Position numbers and translations under genes: made by a program. A model generated the notes under the pieces. The model was not told the origin of the DNA. It made no database searches and saw only the letters and a program-made list of their open reading frames with translations. A DNA stretch of 32,000 bases from Isorropodon fossajaponicum endosymbiont JTNG4. Lineage in GTDB: Bacteria > Pseudomonadota > Gammaproteobacteria > PS1 > Pseudothioglobaceae. Every line of letters starts with the position of its first letter. Position 1 is the first letter of the stretch. Shown here piece after piece: positions 27,689 through 32,000 of this stretch. Location of the stretch: assembly GCF_016592615.1 (NCBI RefSeq), contig NZ_AP013043.1:540001-572000 (forward strand), given 5' to 3'.

Positions 27689-28560
27689 ATAAGATACAAA
27701 CTTTATTAACAACGACAGTGTTGTTATTTGGGATAAGTGGCAGTGGTTTTGCTGGATATTCTGAAGCTAAAAAAGCATACAATATAGGAGACTTTTCAAC
27801 AGCTTTAAAAGAGTATAAGATTGGTGCGCAACAAGGTGATGTAAAGGCACAACACAATCTAGGCATTATGTATGGAAGTGGAAAAGCGGGCTCTGTAAAT
27901 AACAAAAAGGCATTCTATTGGTTCGAAAAGGCTGCTATAAATAATTTTGCGGAATCTCAAAGATCACTTGCTATCATGTATTTACAAGGAATGGGTGTTG
28001 AAGAAGACACTATTACAGGGATGTATTGGTTAAAGAAAGCTGCAAACAACAATCTTATGAATGCCCAGGCCTTATTAGGAAATATATATGCCACAAGCAA
28101 ATATGTCAAGCCAGACGCAATAAAATCAACGAGATGGCGTATTAAAGCTGCAAACCAAGGGGATCTAAAATCACAAAGAAGTGTTCATGGTGCATATAGA
28201 TTCGGATATGGCGTTACAGTGGATAAGGTAAGGTCAATAAAATTTCTAGAAGCTGCCGCTGCGCAAAATGATAAGCGCTCAATTCATGATTTAGCTATGA
28301 TTTATAAGTCCATAAACGCTGATCAATTTGGACTTATAACAGATTACAATAAAGCAAAATCTTTATTTGAAAAGGCTGCAGATCTTGGAAGTGAGGAGTC
28401 ATTAGGGGAGCTGGCAGGCATGTATATTTTTGGCATAGGTGTAGATAAAAACATGTTAAAAGCAAAAGAATTAATACAAAAAACATTACTTAGCAAGGAT
28501 GTAAAAATTCAGGAAAAGGCTCAGAAAAAGTGGGATGATTTTGAACTATGGAAATATTAA
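27685..28560 (+). CDS. secreted Sel1-repeat (SLR) protein
   Basis: 291 aa with a signal peptide. Multiple Sel1 units (AQHNLGIMYGSGKAGSVNNKKAFYWFEKAAINN, SQRSLAIMYLQGMGVEEDTITGMYWLKKAANNN ...). ATGA overlap with the MORN gene. Confidence 0.85.
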   Translation: MNKIQTLLTTTVLLFGISGSGFAGYSEAKKAYNIGDFSTALKEYKIGAQQGDVKAQHNLGIMYGSGKAGSVNNKKAFYWFEKAAINNFAESQRSLAIMYLQGMGVEEDTITGMYWLKKAANNNLMNAQALLGNIYATSKYVKPDAIKSTRWRIKAANQGDLKSQRSVHGAYRFGYGVTVDKVRSIKFLEAAAAQNDKRSIHDLAMIYKSINADQFGLITDYNKAKSLFEKAADLGSEESLGELAGMYIFGIGVDKNMLKAKELIQKTLLSKDVKIQEKAQKKWDDFELWKY

Positions 28561-28576
28561 CAAGAGAGGGGTATTC

Positions 28577-29005
28577 GTGAAAAAATTATTTTTTATTATA
28601 TTAATACTTAGTGTTGTGTCAGGATGCAAAACCACTGAAGGGTACAGACAAGTTATGGAAACTTGGATGGGACACACAGAAGTTGAACTTATAAGATCAA
28701 GAGGAGCTCCTAGTTCGACATATACTTCTGGCGGCATTAAGTTTCTTGAATACCTTAATTCATATACCACAAGCAAGAGCTACTATACTAGTTATAGTAG
28801 CTCTGGCAGCAGCAGTTATTCTTCTCCTATCGGCGGAAACACCTTTTCCTGTAAAACCACTTATGAAGTCAAAAACGGGATAATTGAAAATATAAAATGG
28901 ATTGGTAATAATTGTAAATCTAAAGAGACAGATGAGGGCAAAGATATTAAGCCAGTTAATACACAGAAAACAAACCTAAAATCATACGATGATTACACGT
29001 TCTAG
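28577..29005 (+). CDS. lipoprotein with a Ser/Tyr-rich low-complexity segment
   Basis: GTG 28577 is preceded by GAGGGG (5-nt spacer). Lipobox VKKLFFIILILSVVSGC. Low-complexity stretch SYTTSKSYYTSYSSSGSSSYSS. The track start 28535 overlaps the previous gene and lacks an SD. Confidence 0.7.
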   Translation: MKKLFFIILILSVVSGCKTTEGYRQVMETWMGHTEVELIRSRGAPSSTYTSGGIKFLEYLNSYTTSKSYYTSYSSSGSSSYSSPIGGNTFSCKTTYEVKNGIIENIKWIGNNCKSKETDEGKDIKPVNTQKTNLKSYDDYTF

Positions 29006-29053
29006 TCTCGGTAAATTTATCCATTGTCGGCTTGTGGCACAAGGTTATACGCC

Positions 29054-29477
29054 ATGAAAAATGCTTTATATCTAGTTTTTTTACTAACAACAAGCACTCA
29101 AGCAGTACCCCAATACGGCACAGTAACAGTATCAAAAGTAATTAGTGTCTATGATGGTGATACCTTCAGAGTCAACATAGACTCACTCCCTCCTATCGTG
29201 GGCAAGAACATACCTATTAGAGTGAGTGGAGTAAGACACACCAGAGATACGAGGAAAGTGTCAGTATGAGAAGGATTTGGCTCTTGAGGCTAGAGATTTT
29301 GTAAGAGGTAAGTTGTCTAATGCTAAAGAGATTAAGTTGACTAATCTGCAGAGAGGTAAGTACTTTAGAGTGGTTGCTAATGTAGTTGTTGATGGCGTGG
29401 GTTTGGAGCAGGAGCTACTTGATAATGAGTTGGCTTACGAGTACAGTGGTGGTAAGAAGTTAAGTTGGTGTAGATAA
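29054..29477 (+). pseudogene. thermonuclease (SNase-like) family protein with signal peptide, frameshifted by one extra A
   Basis: MKNALYLVFLLTTSTQA..VISVYDGDTFRVNI..IPIRVSGV, then GTA-A-GAC at 29231-29237. Dropping one A gives DTPEIRGKCQYEKDLALEARDFV...KYFRVVANVVVDGVGLEQELLDNELAYEYSGGKKLSWC, matching the SNase-type pattern. Confidence 0.75.
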
Positions 29478-29517
29478 GAAGCGAATTGTAGATTTATTTA
29501 AATTTAGTTTTCATGTT

Positions 29518-29543
29518 ATGCAAGCTATGCGCATAGCTTGCAT
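29518..29543. repeat. 26-bp perfect palindrome between convergent genes (bidirectional terminator or protein-binding/ori-like site)
   Basis: ATGCAAGCTATGC|GCATAGCTTGCAT. It overlaps a tandem GCATAGCTT GCATAGCTT at 29531-29548. Confidence 0.6.
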
Positions 29544-29552
29544 AGCTTATCT

Positions 29553-31124
29553 TTAAGAATTATATTCTTTTAGCCATTCGTCACTAATCCCCGATTGCTG
29601 GCAATATTCCTCATTCGTTTTGATTGTTATTAGAGTTCGATTAGTTCTGTCTTTGTATTTATCAATCTCTATTCCAAATACTTCTAAAGCATCTTGACAT
29701 CTTAAAACTTTATTAACCACTCCCTTTGCTGATAGCTCTATCTTAACTTGAGAGTTAAAATTTAGAGACATTAACAACTCTGCAGGTGTACCTTTAAAAT
29801 CTGGTTTTTTGTTAATCATATCAACGACTGCTGTCGCAAAATTTGATGAATTAATTGAATCGATATAGGATTGTGCAATGTTTCTTTTGTATTGATTTAT
29901 AAATATATCTTTTTCCCAGCTAAACGCCTTTCCTGCGGCAGTTGACCATCTGCAAAAATCCCCCATTCTTGTGATCTCTTTAATTCTTATCTTGTTATGA
30001 TTGGCCAATGCACAACTAGTGCCATCTAATAGTGCAGACAGTATGCTAGGAACATCTTTTATGAAATCAGCCCATACTTGTGATTCTGGCTTGAATAATT
30101 TGATTTTTTTAAGTTCGATTCGAATGCTTCTACTTAATAAATCGTTTCTGCTAGTAATTTCATCAATACCATTGAGTAGTATTGGTTTTTTAATTGATAT
30201 AGTGAATTCATCGTTTGTAGTATGAAGTCGTCTAATAGTCTGATTGTCACCTGTAGAAATTTTGCAAAGAGCATCGCTATAATTTGAATGAATTCCTGAT
30301 AAGTTATCAAAAGCTAAGACATGATTCCTAACGCCAATAACTCTCATATCTTCTGTTTTAGGCTTAGATAAGAGGTCGGCACTATTCGGGTCTATTATTT
30401 CTCTTAACATTTTAGATGCAGTAGTTTTGCCACAACCTGTAGGGCCTTGGAAGATTAATATTGGGAGGGCGCCACTTCCTGCTTGCATACCCATTAACAG
30501 CCACCCTACAACTAGTGGTAGATCATCCGTATTTATATTTAAGTGTTTTAATAAAAGATTAATGCCTCCATTTTTTATTTTAGGCGTGTGTAGCGGCTTC
30601 ATATTTTTTGATCTAGAAAAATTAATAGGTGGATTGTTAACAACCCTCCAGCCTTTTTTGTTAATCTCAATAACTTCCCAATTTTTATTGCATATATCAA
30701 TGTATATCATGTCATTAATTTGCGCAACTCTAAGATGAACCTCTTCTGTCTTGCCTTCAAAAATAGCCATACCTCTCAATGTTAGTAGCGCTGATTCATA
30801 GCTTGATTTTTTTACGCCTTGTCCGTTTTTAATCCAAAATTGATGCGCTAGCCAATCATTAAATTCAGGTGAGCTAATATTCCAAATTTCAATATGACTG
30901 CCTATTTTTACTTTTGCATATGCCTCCTTCTGATCATCATGAAAGAATGTGCATTTTTTCGATGCTAATTCAATAAGTAGTTCATCTTGCTTTGGTGGTT
31001 TATCATCAATATCTAGTTGATCTTTGGTATTATTACCATTAAGTTCTAATGTTGTATTGTCTGCGTTATTTCTTTGGCCAGTTTTACTCTGCACGGTATT
31101 ACTGGCTTTTTTATTATTTTCCAT
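29553..31124 (-). CDS. P-loop NTPase, island or satellite replication protein-like (primase/helicase-associated family)
   Basis: 523 aa. Walker A ILIFQGPTGCGKTTASKML and Walker B-like HVLAFDNLSG. The N-terminal pattern (AYAKVKIG..HIEIWNISSPEFNDWL..., MIYIDICNKNWEVIEINKKGWRVV) resembles the ATPase commonly found beside AlpA and integrase in genomic islands, recognised from memory only. Confidence 0.7.
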   Translation of the reverse strand: MENNKKASNTVQSKTGQRNNADNTTLELNGNNTKDQLDIDDKPPKQDELLIELASKKCTFFHDDQKEAYAKVKIGSHIEIWNISSPEFNDWLAHQFWIKNGQGVKKSSYESALLTLRGMAIFEGKTEEVHLRVAQINDMIYIDICNKNWEVIEINKKGWRVVNNPPINFSRSKNMKPLHTPKIKNGGINLLLKHLNINTDDLPLVVGWLLMGMQAGSGALPILIFQGPTGCGKTTASKMLREIIDPNSADLLSKPKTEDMRVIGVRNHVLAFDNLSGIHSNYSDALCKISTGDNQTIRRLHTTNDEFTISIKKPILLNGIDEITSRNDLLSRSIRIELKKIKLFKPESQVWADFIKDVPSILSALLDGTSCALANHNKIRIKEITRMGDFCRWSTAAGKAFSWEKDIFINQYKRNIAQSYIDSINSSNFATAVVDMINKKPDFKGTPAELLMSLNFNSQVKIELSAKGVVNKVLRCQDALEVFGIEIDKYKDRTNRTLITIKTNEEYCQQSGISDEWLKEYNS

Positions 31125-31226
31125 TTTATAAATCCTATTTTTTTGTTGAATGACTTATTGTTATTCCTTGCAACAGTGCTAATTTAATCCACTTATTGAG
31201 GCTTAGCTCTGATATTAATATCAAAC

Positions 31227-31442
31227 TCATAAGGTAGGTTTGCATTGCCCAGTGTGAACGTAAGTGTGTTTTTCTATGTATATCTCTACGTCAGACTTCT
31301 TGTAGAAAACCCGAGATCCTATTTTTGTGAAATTTATAACAACTCCAGTGCCAGTGCTACGTGCATTGTTAAGTGTTCGAGGTGAGATATTTAACTCTTT
31401 GGCTGTTTCTTTAGTTGTTAGCCATTGATCTGCTTTATCCAT
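31227..31442 (-). CDS. alpA: AlpA/excisionase-family helix-turn-helix DNA-binding protein
   Basis: 71 aa: WLTTKETAKELNISPRTLNNARSTG...RVFYKKSDVEIYIE. Typical MerR-type excisionase/AlpA HTH, located upstream of the replicase-like gene. Confidence 0.75.
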   Translation of the reverse strand: MDKADQWLTTKETAKELNISPRTLNNARSTGTGVVINFTKIGSRVFYKKSDVEIYIEKHTYVHTGQCKPTL

Positions 31443-31621
31443 TGTGGACTCCTATATTATTAAAAAAAACTTCAATGACTTTGCCAAAGAAGGTAAATGT
31501 AATGATATTCAGAGTGGTTGGATGTGGATAGGTAGGCACAGCGTAGTATTAAGGGGCTACGCTGCTTTGTGTAGTTATTGATTGATTTTGCTATTAATGA
31601 TTGTAGAAAAAAATTATAGTA

Positions 31622-31999
31622 CTACGGTATTAATTGAGCAATAATATTATCCATCGTTTTTGTATTGCTCGGGTCTTTAATGTTTTTAAGCGGTCTTTTT
31701 GCTTTACTAGGGTCTTGTATATAATATTTTATTTGCTGATGGCAGTTGTCATTAAATATTCGCACCTGTTTAAGCTGCTTAGCCAAATAAGATAATTGAT
31801 TTCTATCTTCTATCCACTGCCACAATTCATAAAATTCACCAGAAATAGAACCAGAATCTATCAATAGTTTGTGTAATTTTTTCATTATTACTTCACTATT
31901 GGTTCTTTTTTCTAAAAAGTCAATGTGTTCAGTGAAAAAGCTATTTTCATCCGCTAACTTTATAAGGTTTTTACTTGTTATTTTTTGATTATCTCCCAT
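31622..31999 (-). CDS. hypothetical protein (island regulatory region)
   Basis: 125 aa ORF whose ATG is at the window edge. No motifs recognised. Confidence 0.4.
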   Translation of the reverse strand: MGDNQKITSKNLIKLADENSFFTEHIDFLEKRTNSEVIMKKLHKLLIDSGSISGEFYELWQWIEDRNQLSYLAKQLKQVRIFNDNCHQQIKYYIQDPSKAKRPLKNIKDPSNTKTMDNIIAQLIP

Positions 32000-32000
32000 A

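Larger units (their letters stand above)
15396..32000. mobile_element. tRNA-Lys-associated genomic island (right end not in window)
   Basis: Conserved synteny ends abruptly right after the tRNA 3' end. Composition looks more AT-rich by eye. Content is orphan, secreted or defence-type genes, several disrupted genes, and a replicase-like P-loop protein plus an AlpA-like regulator at 29.5-31.4 kb. No integrase or attR was seen. Confidence 0.65.

Noticed and set aside
14822-30738. Shadow ORFs in the island part (14822..15061, 15620..15808, 17630..17812, 19226..19426, 20690..20923, 22726..22974, 23518..23757, 24594..24833, 26016..26231, 27678..27905, 28546..28776, 30001..30225, 30427..30738)
   Set aside because: They are antisense or out of frame relative to longer, better-supported ORFs. 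ORF 19226..19426 is an alternative frame of the HD-like pseudogene, and 17630..17812 is antisense to the TGA-interrupted gene.
31539-31564. 8-bp hairpin CAGCGTAG/CTACGCTG in the AlpA upstream spacer as a terminator
   Set aside because: The loop is 10 nt and there is no U-tract on the minus (coding) strand after it. That is insufficient for a terminator call, though it might be a regulatory structure.
15396-32000. attR: a direct repeat of the tRNA-Lys 3' end (TTCAAATCGCTCACGCCCCACCA) inside the window
   Set aside because: Visual scanning found no second copy of this GC-rich segment, so the island boundary cannot be set from this window. A computational repeat search is needed to be sure.
1-32000. 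CRISPR arrays, rRNA genes, IS elements or transposases
   Set aside because: There are no regularly spaced direct repeats, no rRNA-like conserved stretches and no transposase-like ORFs or terminal inverted repeats. Only short local repeats are reported.

Overview
AT-rich, gammaproteobacterial-type chromosomal segment in two parts. (1) Positions 1-15.4 kb are a conserved housekeeping block: a degraded PhzF-family gene, hisD-hisG-murA-mlaC on the minus strand, uvrC, a HAD hydrolase, an ABC-F (Uup-like) ATPase, ccmH, yjbQ, a TPR protein, lysS, cmk-rpsA-ihfB and tRNA-Lys(UUU). (2) An accessory island begins directly 3' of the tRNA (15.4 kb) and runs past the window end. By eye it is more AT-rich than the core block. 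It carries many small signal-peptide proteins, Sel1 and MORN repeat proteins, several disrupted genes, and a P-loop replicase-like gene next to an AlpA-like gene at the far end. No integrase or attR is visible in the window. The most interesting locus is an intact, translationally coupled three-gene module at 22301-25236: a minimal MotA/ExbB-like channel protein with a ~310 aa coiled-coil tail, an HNH nuclease, and a MotB/OmpA-like protein. This matches the parts list of type II Zorya anti-phage defence, but the gene order is permuted (A-nuclease-B) and the stator subunit is compact. It may be co-transcribed with secreted Sel1-repeat genes. Other signals: a 12-nt TGAGCTACAATT (-10-like) motif 7-10 nt upstream of the ATG of secreted-protein genes, suggesting leaderless transcripts; a 26-bp perfect palindrome between convergent genes; and frequent frame disruptions, mostly in A/T/G homopolymers, which could be real decay, phase variation or sequencing error. 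No CRISPR array, rRNA or transposase was recognised. All calls come from reading the translations; no database search was run.
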